In this document: in pieces, positions 31,861 to 41,417 of the stretch | Layout: every line of letters begins with the position of its first letter | Position numbering within the stretch: position 1 is the stretch's first letter | From: Methanotrichaceae archaeon | GTDB taxonomy: Archaea; Halobacteriota; Methanosarcinia; Methanotrichales; Methanotrichaceae | Reading direction: 5' to 3' | DNA length: 64,000 nt | Assembly: GCA_963803145.1 (NCBI GenBank) | Contig: CAWDLW010000008.1 | Location: 384,001-448,000, forward strand | The notes under the pieces: model-generated | Told to the model about the DNA's origin: nothing | The model's input: only the letters and a program-made list of their open reading frames with translations | Databases searched by the model: none | Made by a program: the position numbers and the translations under genes

Positions 31861-32649
31861 ATGAATGCTAGATATCTCTCCCTCTGTCAAGCTTGGTTTA
31901 ATGACTATACTAGTTGCTTTCACAGCCCTAACTATGAGATCGAAAAGAATATCACCCTTAAGATAGGGCATACGATAAGGGTACGCGATAATATTTCAGG
32001 AATTGCAAGATCTCTATTCTTGAGCCAGGAAGATACTGTTATGGCGGAAGTGTTAGCTCTCTTCCACGATATTGGCAGATTCGAACAGTTGAGACAGTAT
32101 GGCAGCTTTAATGATCGCATCAAAGACCACGCTGCCCTGGGTATGAAAATACTCGATCGTTCCGGGATTCTTTGCGATCTGCCAAAAGAAGAAAGAGATT
32201 TGATTCAAAGAGTTGTCTGGCTTCATAACAAATATGCAATTCCTGATGCGGAAAAGGCCGATAGTCTCCTCTTCTCTAGACTAATTCGAGATGCGGATAA
32301 ATTGGATATCCTCGGACTGATAGTTGAGCATTTTAGGACGAGAGATTTGAATCCGAACAATGAGTTAGACCTTGGGCTTGTAGAGAAGCCGGGATTCACC
32401 CGACAAACTGTGAATGATATTTTGAATAGAAAAATGATAAGAATCACAGAACTCGGTAGCTTGACCGATATGAGATTGATGTATTTAAGTTGGGTCTTTG
32501 ACATCAACTTTCCCACAACCTTATCCTGCATAGAGGAGAGAGGCTATCTAGAGAAGCTGCAAATTGGTCTGCCCAAAGATCGTGATGTTTGCCGAGCTAT
32601 CGACGTTATCGCGGAATATTTACATGAGAGAAAGAGAATCTCTATTTAA
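31861..32649 (+). CDS. HD-domain phosphohydrolase
   Basis: H..RV, ALFHDIGRFEQ, DHA, HN, IRDADKLD. Confidence 0.9.
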   Translation: MNARYLSLCQAWFNDYTSCFHSPNYEIEKNITLKIGHTIRVRDNISGIARSLFLSQEDTVMAEVLALFHDIGRFEQLRQYGSFNDRIKDHAALGMKILDRSGILCDLPKEERDLIQRVVWLHNKYAIPDAEKADSLLFSRLIRDADKLDILGLIVEHFRTRDLNPNNELDLGLVEKPGFTRQTVNDILNRKMIRITELGSLTDMRLMYLSWVFDINFPTTLSCIEERGYLEKLQIGLPKDRDVCRAIDVIAEYLHERKRISI

Positions 32650-32711
32650 AGATTACAGATAGTTATCTGGGTTCACAGACTATCGGTTTTAGAAACGAAA
32701 AGGAAAATATC

Positions 32712-33197
32712 CTACGTATCCCCTAGCGTCTCGCTGGCGATAAGGAATCCTATTGCCCTTTCGGCCAGAGGGTACCTTCGTACAAGTGCCTTAAACTTCT
32801 TGCCATGGTTCGGCTGAAGCAGATGTGCAAGCTCATGAACTATAACGTAATCCTCTACCCATTGGGGCATCTTAGCCAATCTCTGGCTTATCCTGATGGT
32901 CTTCTCATAGAAGCTGCAGGACCCACGCCGCCTTTCCTGGCGTGAGGAGTAGCTTATGCTATCCCAAGAGAGATCTCCTCCAAAGTACTTATTATTTAGA
33001 TAGTCTGCCCTGGCATTGAGGCTGGCATCATCACGCACAGCGGCCCTTTTTTCAAGCTTCGCCTGAAGCCTGATAATATGGTCAGCAAGCGCGGCATCAG
33101 ATATCTTGGCGGGGGCCAAAACCTCCATTGCTCCATTGACCATCCGCGCCTGAATAGTCTTCCTGCGCCTGGGGGATCTCTTGACAATGATCTCCAT
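32712..33197 (-). CDS. M48/YgjP-like (DUF45) zinc metallopeptidase-family protein
   Basis: R.GSC....IRIS..L...P.WV.DYVIVHELAHL...NH. Confidence 0.88.
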   Translation of the reverse strand: MEIIVKRSPRRRKTIQARMVNGAMEVLAPAKISDAALADHIIRLQAKLEKRAAVRDDASLNARADYLNNKYFGGDLSWDSISYSSRQERRRGSCSFYEKTIRISQRLAKMPQWVEDYVIVHELAHLLQPNHGKKFKALVRRYPLAERAIGFLIASETLGDT

Positions 33198-33773
33198 ACA
33201 ACCCTTCTGTTAATGCATATGTTAATAAGCTTGTTTCGGAAGTCTGATAAGGAATTATATTTCATTGCATCTCTTCGTATTTCCAATTCTTACCTGAGCT
33301 ATTTGAGATGCCTGTTTATCGCAAAATTGTGAAATTTTATGAAGTTTTCTCAAATATCGTTATGTATGATGGACAATAACATAAAGAGGCAAAAGGCTCA
33401 CAGCATATTACGAGGGATTTGTTTGATCTGCCAAGAACACAACAGTCAACCGCACTATTGTAAAATTGGCTGCCTGCTGAGAAATCTCTCCCTATAGTCG
33501 CAAAACTTTTGGCTGCCAGCATGACAAGCCTACCAACATTACTAGATCCGGTTGGCCTTTGATTTTTAGATATAGCATCAGAGCTTCTTGCCCGCAAAAA
33601 AACATGCGTGATTGAAGATTTGGTTGCCTATAACGGAGGCGTATTGAATGATCAAATTGCTCCCATAAGGGTTCAACATACGAAATTAAGGGCTAAAATC
33701 CCGGTTTATCGGGACTGATGCCGACTCAGCTTGAGAGGAAGAACATCTGAGAGATAATTAAAGAGGTAATTAA

Positions 33774-35102
33774 ATGTACGAATCATATGACGAGCTTCCC
33801 AAACTGAGGCTTCCTCTAGGCCAGGAGGTATTCCTCAGCGACTCTACGCTTAGGGATGGAGCCCAAATGCCCGGCGTAGTCATAAAAGTAAAGGACAGGC
33901 TGAAGATATTTGAGTATCTGCACAGGATAGGCATCGAAAAGCTGGAGCTGTTCCTATTTACTAAAAGCGATAAAGAAGCAGCCAGGACGATGCTTGATAA
34001 GAATTACCTTTGCCCTGAGGTCACAGGCTGGGCCAGGGCTAACCCAAAGGATATCGATCTCGTCCTCGCCGCGGATGGAATAAAGGAGACAGGGATACTG
34101 ATGTCAATCTCCGATGTTCAGATACGCACCAAGCTTGGCCTAAAAACACGTGAGGAAGCTGAGGAAAAGTTCCTTACTGCTCTCCAGTATGCTGTAGACC
34201 ACGGCCTGAAAACCCGGGCCCATCTCGAGGATATAACAAGGGCAGATTTGGACGGGTTTGTCTACCCCCTTGTGGAAAAGCTGATTGATATCGATCCCAG
34301 CTGCATAATGCGCATATGCGATACACTTGGCTTTGGACTGCCCTTTGATGGGATAGCGAATCCCTATGGAATACCTGAGATGGTCAGGAAGATGCTATCC
34401 TTAGGCGTGAAGAATATCGAGACACATACACACGACGACTTTGGGATGGCCACAGCCAACTCACTTGCAGGCTATTGGCATGGAGCCAACTGGTCCAATA
34501 TGACCTTCCTCGGAATGGGTGAGAGAGCAGGAAACTCAGAGCTCGAGAAGGCGCTTCTCTTTCTGGTACAAAGGATTGATGGATTCCAGAAGTATGATCT
34601 GTCCTGTTTGCTCGAGTTTGCAGAGTATATAGAGGAGCATGTCGGCATACGTGTCCCTAGAAACAAGGCGGTTGTCGGAAGGAACGTCTTTGCTCACGAG
34701 AGCGGCATACATACGGCTGGAGTGATCAAGAATCCCTTCATCTATGAGCCCTATCCTCCTGAGCTTGTGGGAAGCAGACGCAAGATAATGATCGGCAACA
34801 CCTCAGGCACCGAAGTTGTTCGGTTTAAGGTAGAGGAAGCTCTCAAAGAGCTTATGCATATAGATGCAGGCCTTGAGAAGGACGATTGGAGGATAAGATG
34901 CATTCATTCTGAGATCAGACAGCAATACGATGCAGAGACAAGGAACTCGTGCATCTCGGATGAAGAACTCAGGGCATATGTCGAGAAGTACTTCCTCTTC
35001 AAATCCATTCTTGAGAAGGAGTCGCACAGGCATGATGCAAACGGTATAAAGGAAGAGCTGCAGAAGAATGAGGCCTCCGACACAAAGCAGATGTATCCCT
35101 GA
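33774..35102 (+). CDS. DRE-TIM acyltransferase (LeuA/homocitrate synthase family), Re-citrate synthase-like
   Basis: DSTLRDGAQ, HLEDITRAD, CDTLG, HTHDDFG, GERAGN, FAHESGIH. Confidence 0.8.
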   Translation: MYESYDELPKLRLPLGQEVFLSDSTLRDGAQMPGVVIKVKDRLKIFEYLHRIGIEKLELFLFTKSDKEAARTMLDKNYLCPEVTGWARANPKDIDLVLAADGIKETGILMSISDVQIRTKLGLKTREEAEEKFLTALQYAVDHGLKTRAHLEDITRADLDGFVYPLVEKLIDIDPSCIMRICDTLGFGLPFDGIANPYGIPEMVRKMLSLGVKNIETHTHDDFGMATANSLAGYWHGANWSNMTFLGMGERAGNSELEKALLFLVQRIDGFQKYDLSCLLEFAEYIEEHVGIRVPRNKAVVGRNVFAHESGIHTAGVIKNPFIYEPYPPELVGSRRKIMIGNTSGTEVVRFKVEEALKELMHIDAGLEKDDWRIRCIHSEIRQQYDAETRNSCISDEELRAYVEKYFLFKSILEKESHRHDANGIKEELQKNEASDTKQMYP

Positions 35103-35241
35103 GCTTTTCTTTTTAAATATATAACCGATTTTTCAGCATGTCCGATGCTTTATATCCATGATAGTAGTTGAAAAAAACGTAAGTCATTTATGCATCTATA
35201 CCACTTAAACTATAACAGTAAATTATGGGAAGGGCCCAGTT

Positions 35242-35600
35242 TTGGGGCCTAATAACATAAATATAATTAGGAGTAAAATTAACGAGAAGGGACATTCCTG
35301 GTCTGCAGGAGCAACTTCAATCTCCAAGCTGCCTCCCGAAACAATGATGATGTACCTTGGGCTAGTCATGCCTGAGGCCGAGCTGAAAAGGATAAGGGCC
35401 ACAACGATTGCAGAGAAAACGCGATCTAATAGTAGGGCATCGGTATATCCCCCAGTTGGAACTGGAGAAATGTTTCAGGCCAGGATTGGACTACAAAGGT
35501 TAAGGATCAAGACGGATGCGGCTCATGTGTTGCCTTCGCGACAATTGGAATAATAGAATCCAAAAAGGAAGTAAAAATTGACATATTAATAATATCATGA
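35242..35600 (+). pseudogene. Truncated, frameshifted papain-family (C1A) peptidase
   Basis: Propeptide-like SWSAGATS; after a shift at the C5 run 35449-35453 reads WNWRNVSGQDWTTKVKDQDGCGSCVAFA, then stops. Confidence 0.8.
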
Positions 35601-35642
35601 TACTGGGGCATCATGAAATTAGGGCAGCACAACATCTTCATT

Positions 35643-36095
35643 TCAGCTACAGGGCAACCAGTCCACGCTTACCTCACCAGGCGGACTGTCCGACCAGAGC
35701 TGGATAAACTTCTCGATTGAGAAAACGCCTGTCAAGTCCTCAATGCTTCTGCCAAGGATCGCATGATGACCCTTGCTGTCCGGAGTAGGATCGACGGATT
35801 GCCAGGCTATATGTGCCTTGCCTATGACATTGGAATTTATGCTTGCCTCAAGAGAGCCGCCGCTACACGGATCTGAAGAAGAGCCGGTCCTTACTTCAGT
35901 GCTGCTATCAAGCTTCTCTGTATCGGTATATGCCTCAGTCATAGTTGCGCCTGTATCGTAGTTCTTGACTGTGAGCGTATCCCTATTTGGACTTTGATTA
36001 TTCACCGCCATATAGAAGCCAAGCGGCATATCTGCCGCTCCCGTGAATATAAAGATGAATGCTATCAAGCTCAGATAAAGTAGCGCTTTCCTCAC
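35643..36095 (-). CDS. Secreted hypothetical protein
   Basis: Signal peptide; 150-aa ORF preceded by an RBS-like purine run. Confidence 0.7.
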   Translation of the reverse strand: MRKALLYLSLIAFIFIFTGAADMPLGFYMAVNNQSPNRDTLTVKNYDTGATMTEAYTDTEKLDSSTEVRTGSSSDPCSGGSLEASINSNVIGKAHIAWQSVDPTPDSKGHHAILGRSIEDLTGVFSIEKFIQLWSDSPPGEVSVDWLPCS

Positions 36096-36360
36096 TCTCC
36101 CGTCACCTCTACCATCGATGATTGTCGTACTCCTTTTTGAAGCTATCGGCCGGTTGAATTTGACTGGTGACGCGCTTCTTTAATATTATTGTAATATGCG
36201 ATAATATGCCATACGTTTTATAAGCTAACATCAATTAAATATATAAATTTAGGCTTCATATATCTATGAGCAGGGCTGAGGCTGTAGTGTGAATAGAAGA
36301 TCGCATCGGATGTAAATCAGACTAAATATGAATTAATTGAACAAGGATGGGGTTGCAGCC

Positions 36361-36549
36361 ATGGAACTCGGGAAAACGGATAACCTGTATTTGATGATGA
36401 TTTATGTTTATTTGAAGGCATATCAGGAGGCCATCAGGGATTTCGAATATGCCGTGGAAGATGCAGGATACGCAGATATAGCTCTGATGTCAGTAAAACA
36501 AAAATATAAGGAAAGGATTGATAGATTCGCAAACGATCTCCATCGATAG
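36361..36549 (+). CDS. Small hypothetical protein, paralog A
   Basis: NLYLMMIYVYLKAYQEAIRDFE shared with 36956-37144. Confidence 0.7.
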   Translation: MELGKTDNLYLMMIYVYLKAYQEAIRDFEYAVEDAGYADIALMSVKQKYKERIDRFANDLHR

Positions 36550-36955
36550 CTTCAATAAGCTGATATTGTATTAAATTCCTTTATCTATCCTTACTGGACA
36601 TCCAGCTTTTCGGAGAATTCATCGCTAAATATTGAGATGACGCTAGATCCTTTGCTTCTTTATCATTCTGTTCTGGAAGATCAATGAAATAGCCAGTGGA
36701 AATGAACGTATCCAGAGGTATAAAGGATATAATTCCCGTGAAACTCACTGCTATCAGGCATTTATCATAGTCTCTAATGTGATAAGTTATGCGATGATCT
36801 CTATCGCGGTTCAGGAACTTGCGTCAGTTACATATATCGACAGATGCATATACTTAGACACTGGAAAACAGCCAGATGATTAAGGGTGATTTAAGCCAAG
36901 CGTGAAGAGCCGAGTGAAGATAATCTCGAGCGTAATAAGAAGGGTAATTGAAGTT

Positions 36956-37144
36956 ATGGAGCAAGGACAAACAGGTAACCTATATTTGATGCTGATGTAT
37001 GTGTATTTGAGGGCATATCAAGAGGCAATCCAAGACTTCGAAGACTCCATGAAGGATACGGGCTATGGCGACATGGCACTTATGTCTGTCAAGCAAAGGC
37101 ATAGAGAGAATATAGATAAAATTGCCAGAGAGCTCATGCTCTAG
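36956..37144 (+). CDS. Small hypothetical protein, paralog B
   Basis: NLYLMLMYVYLRAYQEAIQDFE shared with 36361-36549. Confidence 0.7.
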   Translation: MEQGQTGNLYLMLMYVYLRAYQEAIQDFEDSMKDTGYGDMALMSVKQRHRENIDKIARELML

Positions 37145-37216
37145 CTCTCTGAACTTATCCATCCAATCAGAGCTTATCCTACAGATATGCCAAACACGAT
37201 AGAGAATTAAATTAAG

Positions 37217-38017
37217 TTAAACTTTGAACTGAACCTCCTTTGTATCCAGAATCGAACCGTTGGCGAGTTTGGCGGTCGCATTTACCAAGTAAGTCCCCGG
37301 CTTCAGCTCTTTTTTGGTGGCTGTTGATATCTGAAAAATTCTCGATGCCCCGGCGATTATATTTGAACTCAAAGGTGTTGAGGCATAGGCGATGGCATTT
37401 CCCTTAATATCCACAAGTTCAGCATAAGCTCTGGCCTTATAATGACAGTTGCCTGTGTTCCTCAATATTAGCGAAATATTTTGCTGCCGCGCAGAGATAG
37501 GCTCTTCGAGCCTTAGATCTTCGATCCTGCCTGATTTCTTTAGACCTGTGCCTGAGATCGTGAGCCTGACAGGAACCTCCACAGCCACAATTATGCCCAC
37601 TGTGCCGTTGCCGATCGGAAGGCTGTGAATATTGACAAGGGCATACCTGCCTCCTGGGCGGGCATTATAGGGAATTTTGCCTTCTATAGTGACCTTCTGA
37701 GATTCACCAGGTTCCAAATGAAAGCTTGCTGGAGTTGCCTTCAGGAATGTGCGTGCCGAATATGGGCCTGAATCTTCACCTTCCTTAAGGTCCATATTAT
37801 CCCCATCAATGGTTTGATTCATCCCCAGGATATCGACCGTTAGATCCATTGGCGGACTGGTAATATCTGAGCTTACAGTCATCTCGTGATCAAACGTCTC
37901 TCCCGGATCAGCATTCCTCTCAATGATAGCCCCTGAGACTCCAAGTCCTGCTGATGCCAGCGGTAGTGCAAGAAAAAGAAATATCAACGAGTACGCAATT
38001 TTCGATTGAACTCTCAT
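37217..38017 (-). CDS. Secreted two-Ig-domain protein (DUF916/chaperone-like)
   Basis: Signal peptide; F.L.PGESQ.V...P...PGGRYA and LRNTGN.H motifs. Confidence 0.6.
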   Translation of the reverse strand: MRVQSKIAYSLIFLFLALPLASAGLGVSGAIIERNADPGETFDHEMTVSSDITSPPMDLTVDILGMNQTIDGDNMDLKEGEDSGPYSARTFLKATPASFHLEPGESQKVTIEGKIPYNARPGGRYALVNIHSLPIGNGTVGIIVAVEVPVRLTISGTGLKKSGRIEDLRLEEPISARQQNISLILRNTGNCHYKARAYAELVDIKGNAIAYASTPLSSNIIAGASRIFQISTATKKELKPGTYLVNATAKLANGSILDTKEVQFKV

Positions 38018-38101
38018 ATCCTGAATACCTCATATCCGATATTGGAAAGAACTAGAGCCTGATGGCTAACGAAGCCCAGGCTCTTACCCCAACAATTAAA
38101 A

Positions 38102-38611
38102 TCACTCCAACATCCCTGTGAAGGTCACCACTGCTGAGTAATCGAGTGTGGTGTCGTTTTCCTCAATGATATCATCGAATGAACCCTGCTGCTGGAATGT
38201 GATTGGAAAATGCTGGTTTGCCCCATGAGCGGTTTTTCTAAGGAAATAGTTGTTTGTTGTAGTAGAAGGCTTGAAAGGAGTTACATTTGTAGTTGCTATT
38301 TGGATGTAGTTCAGAAGCGTATGATTAGTGCCAGCTGGTCCTACTGCCTTCATGTTGGCCCCGCCTGGAGCCTTGGCTCCCACCTTCCAATCGGCATTAG
38401 CATTAACTATGAGATCCTTTGTAATGGTATTCAAAATGCTTGGGTTTATGCTCCAATGTGCCGTCATATCAGGAGGAGTGATGCTGATATACGGGATTAC
38501 CTCTGCTGTGATCGTTGTATCCTTTATGGAGTCGCACAAGACTATGCCGCATAGTAGTGCCATAGCAGTGACGAAAGCCACTGCTAAGCCCAATATTATC
38601 GGTTTATTCAT
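38102..38611 (-). CDS. Secreted beta-rich protein (WxL/pilin-like suspected)
   Basis: Signal peptide; L.V.ANADW.V motif and terminal YSAVVTFTG strand. Confidence 0.55.
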   Translation of the reverse strand: MNKPIILGLAVAFVTAMALLCGIVLCDSIKDTTITAEVIPYISITPPDMTAHWSINPSILNTITKDLIVNANADWKVGAKAPGGANMKAVGPAGTNHTLLNYIQIATTNVTPFKPSTTTNNYFLRKTAHGANQHFPITFQQQGSFDDIIEENDTTLDYSAVVTFTGMLE

Positions 38612-38911
38612 AACCCTATTCCCCTCTCTTTTATCCAGGCTTCAACCGGCATCAAGAAGGCTGCAAGATACTTACAAGCATTCTTCAGTCAGTAATAATA
38701 GCCTGTTATATTTTGCATTCTGACAAATCTACATTATTTATGATAAAGCTTAATGAAAGACTATTTCTAATTTAGATCAGTAGCCAGAATTCTAATTGTG
38801 AATATATACAATGCCCGATACGTGATTAGGTGACTGATGCACAGAAGATAAGTTTTGACTGGAGGGCAATATCATACGTTCGTCGTTAATGCCTCGATCC
38901 AGCTTTATATC

Positions 38912-40699
38912 CTATCTACCGGGTATCAGACATCTGCCGCACTCTCCGATCAGATCCCTCCTGCCTGCCATGATCAGGCCCTCTCTGATAAGGCCATAGT
39001 TCTTCGGATCACGGTAATGCAGTATAGCTCGCTGTATCCTTTTCTCCCTTCCTTTGGGGATATGAACAGACTTCATCGTAAAAGGATCAAGGCCGGTGTA
39101 ATACATGGCCGTTGAGATCGTCATCGGCGTCGGAGTAAAGTCCTGAACCTGCTCTGTATACATATGGTGGTCGCGGATGTATTCTGCCAGCTCGATCATA
39201 TCCTCGATGGTGCACCCAGGGTGACCAGACATCAGATAAGGCAAAATGTACTGCCTCTTGCTTAAATCCCTGCTAACCGCCTCGAACCTTTCGCGAAATG
39301 ATTCTAAAATCTCAACAGGCGGCTTATGCATGCAATCCGTTACCTGACGTGAGATATGTTCGGGTGCTATCTTCAGGTGTCCTGAGACATGATGCTCGCA
39401 AAGATCATGCAGATACTCGGATGAGTCGGCAAGAATGAGATCATGTCTTATGCCGGAGCCGATGAAGACCTTTCTAACGCCCGGCAGGGCCCTCAGCCTG
39501 CTCAGCATCTCAACAAGCTGGCTGTGATCTTTATTCAGGCTTGGACATTCTGCCGTACATAGCTTGTCTTTGCAAGTCCCTCGTTTCCAGTTGGGGCAGC
39601 CGAGGCCGTACATGTTTGCTGTCGGGCCGCCGATATCCTGGATTATCCCTTTGAATCCCTTCATCCGGGTAAGCACCTTTGCCTCTCGAATTATCGATTC
39701 AATGCTGCGGCTCTGGACGATCCTTCCCTGGTGGTGGGTCAGTGCGCAGAAAGAGCAAGAACCGAAGCATCCTCGATGGCTAGTTATGGAGAACTTTACA
39801 GGCTCAAGGGCAGGAACAGGCTTTCCGTATGAGGGGTGTGCCTCATGTGTGTAAGGCAGCTCATAAATATGATCCAGCTCCTCAGTGCTCAAGGGCATTG
39901 CTGGCTTGTTCTGGATGACCACAGTTTTTGGATGAGGCTGGACGACAGTTCTGCCCTGGAATGGATCCTGCTCTTGATAGTGCATCCGGAATGCCTCGGC
40001 GTAAGCCTTTTTGTTTGAAGATACCTCTGAGAAGCTCGGGATGACGATGCAATTCTCCTTAGAAGCATCCTTCCAGATGCGAACCTCCTCCTTGACAACA
40101 GTTCCCGGTAGTTCTCTGATAGTCCGAATGCACTCTCCCTTATCTAAGCGAGCGGCCACATCCAGTAGCGGCCGTTCACCCATGCCGAAGACTACCATAT
40201 CGGCGGGCGCATCTGCCAGAATGGACTGGCGAACTGAATCAGACCAGTAATCATAATGTGCGAACCTTCGCAGGCTGGCCTCAATGCCTCCAAGGATTAT
40301 TGGAACTCCAGGAAAAAGTGCATGAACATTATTCGCATAAACTATTGTAGCCCTGTCCGGCCGGTGCCGAATGCCGCCGGGCGAATAGACATCGCCGCTC
40401 CTTCGCTTCAGGCTCGGCGTATAGTTGTTGACCATTGAATCCACATTGCCTGAGGATATGCCGAAGAAGAGCCGTGGAGTGCCCAGAACCCTTAGGGATT
40501 CGCCGTCATTCCAATCAGGCTGAGCTATGATCCCCACCGCGTAGCCAGCATCCCACAGGACACGGCCTATCAAGCCAATGCCGAAGGATGGATGATCGAT
40601 ATAGGCGTCTCCGCTCACAAGGATGATATCGAACTGATCTATTCCGAGTTTCTCTGCCTCCTGCATGGACATAGGGAGAAATCTGGGCTGCTTTTTCAT
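38912..40699 (-). CDS. YgiQ-family radical SAM protein
   Basis: GDAYIDHPSFG, GGIEASLRR.AHYDYWSD, HRGCFGSCSFC, GGPTANMY, EQVQDFTPTP. Confidence 0.93.
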   Translation of the reverse strand: MKKQPRFLPMSMQEAEKLGIDQFDIILVSGDAYIDHPSFGIGLIGRVLWDAGYAVGIIAQPDWNDGESLRVLGTPRLFFGISSGNVDSMVNNYTPSLKRRSGDVYSPGGIRHRPDRATIVYANNVHALFPGVPIILGGIEASLRRFAHYDYWSDSVRQSILADAPADMVVFGMGERPLLDVAARLDKGECIRTIRELPGTVVKEEVRIWKDASKENCIVIPSFSEVSSNKKAYAEAFRMHYQEQDPFQGRTVVQPHPKTVVIQNKPAMPLSTEELDHIYELPYTHEAHPSYGKPVPALEPVKFSITSHRGCFGSCSFCALTHHQGRIVQSRSIESIIREAKVLTRMKGFKGIIQDIGGPTANMYGLGCPNWKRGTCKDKLCTAECPSLNKDHSQLVEMLSRLRALPGVRKVFIGSGIRHDLILADSSEYLHDLCEHHVSGHLKIAPEHISRQVTDCMHKPPVEILESFRERFEAVSRDLSKRQYILPYLMSGHPGCTIEDMIELAEYIRDHHMYTEQVQDFTPTPMTISTAMYYTGLDPFTMKSVHIPKGREKRIQRAILHYRDPKNYGLIREGLIMAGRRDLIGECGRCLIPGR

Positions 40700-40816
40700 G
40701 GCTACTTGAGTTTATTGCTATTTTACTACTAATAGTGTACTCATTTCCAAGGATGTAGTTATATCATTGGATCTTGTTGGAGCCCTTGTTTCTTCGCATA
40801 GAGCTACGAAGACTTA

Positions 40817-40897
40817 ACCTCAAAGACACTAAGAGACAAAGGATGGCACTAAGATGGAATAATCTCCATTGAATTAGATTAAATCGTCTTTGTGGTG
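40817..40897. repeat. Degenerate CACAAAG/CTTTGTGGTG element
   Basis: CAAAGACACTAAGAGACAAAG...GGCACTAAG ... CTTTGTGGTGAGC. Confidence 0.55.
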
Positions 40898-40970
40898 AGC
40901 TTAATCGACGCTAAACTATACTAAGGCACAATAAGCTAGTGATAAATACAAGAGCCACAAATGTCGGAGC

Positions 40971-41417
40971 ATGAGTTCACTACCTCTGGCCTCTTGGATG
41001 ACAAGGTTCTGGGCATGGCTTATAGATTTACTTCTGATCGGCGTTCTCTGGGGCATAGTCAGAGGAGCAATCGGGGCTCCAATTGATATTGGATATATAC
41101 ACTACGGCATCTATGGACTCAATCTTAATTTGGAGTCTCAGGAGCTTTTATTATTCATCTATTGGACTGTACTCGAGGGATATAGAGGGCAATCCATCGG
41201 AAAGATGGCGATGAACCTGGCGGTGGTTGGCTCAGAAGGGGAGAGCATAGGCTTTAAAGATGCGGCAATTGAAAGCTTCGGGAAGGCATTCCTTCTGCCC
41301 CTCGACTGTATAATAGGATGGCTTGCGATGCGCGGCTCCGGGCAGCGACTGTTCAACAGGATCTCGAACACTGTTGTAATAAGGACTAATATAGAATGCG
41401 AAAGATGCCAAACTTAA
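40971..41417 (+). CDS. RDD-family membrane protein
   Basis: [24 protein letters not shown]. Confidence 0.88.
   Translation: MSSLPLASWMTRFWAWLIDLLLIGVLWGIVRGAIGAPIDIGYIHYGIYGLNLNLESQELLLFIYWTVLEGYRGQSIGKMAMNLAVVGSEGESIGFKDAAIESFGKAFLLPLDCIIGWLAMRGSGQRLFNRISNTVVIRTNIECERCQT

Noticed and set aside
33700-33750. Hammerhead-like CTGATG motif next to a hairpin
   Set aside because: Lacks the CTGANGA...GAAA core
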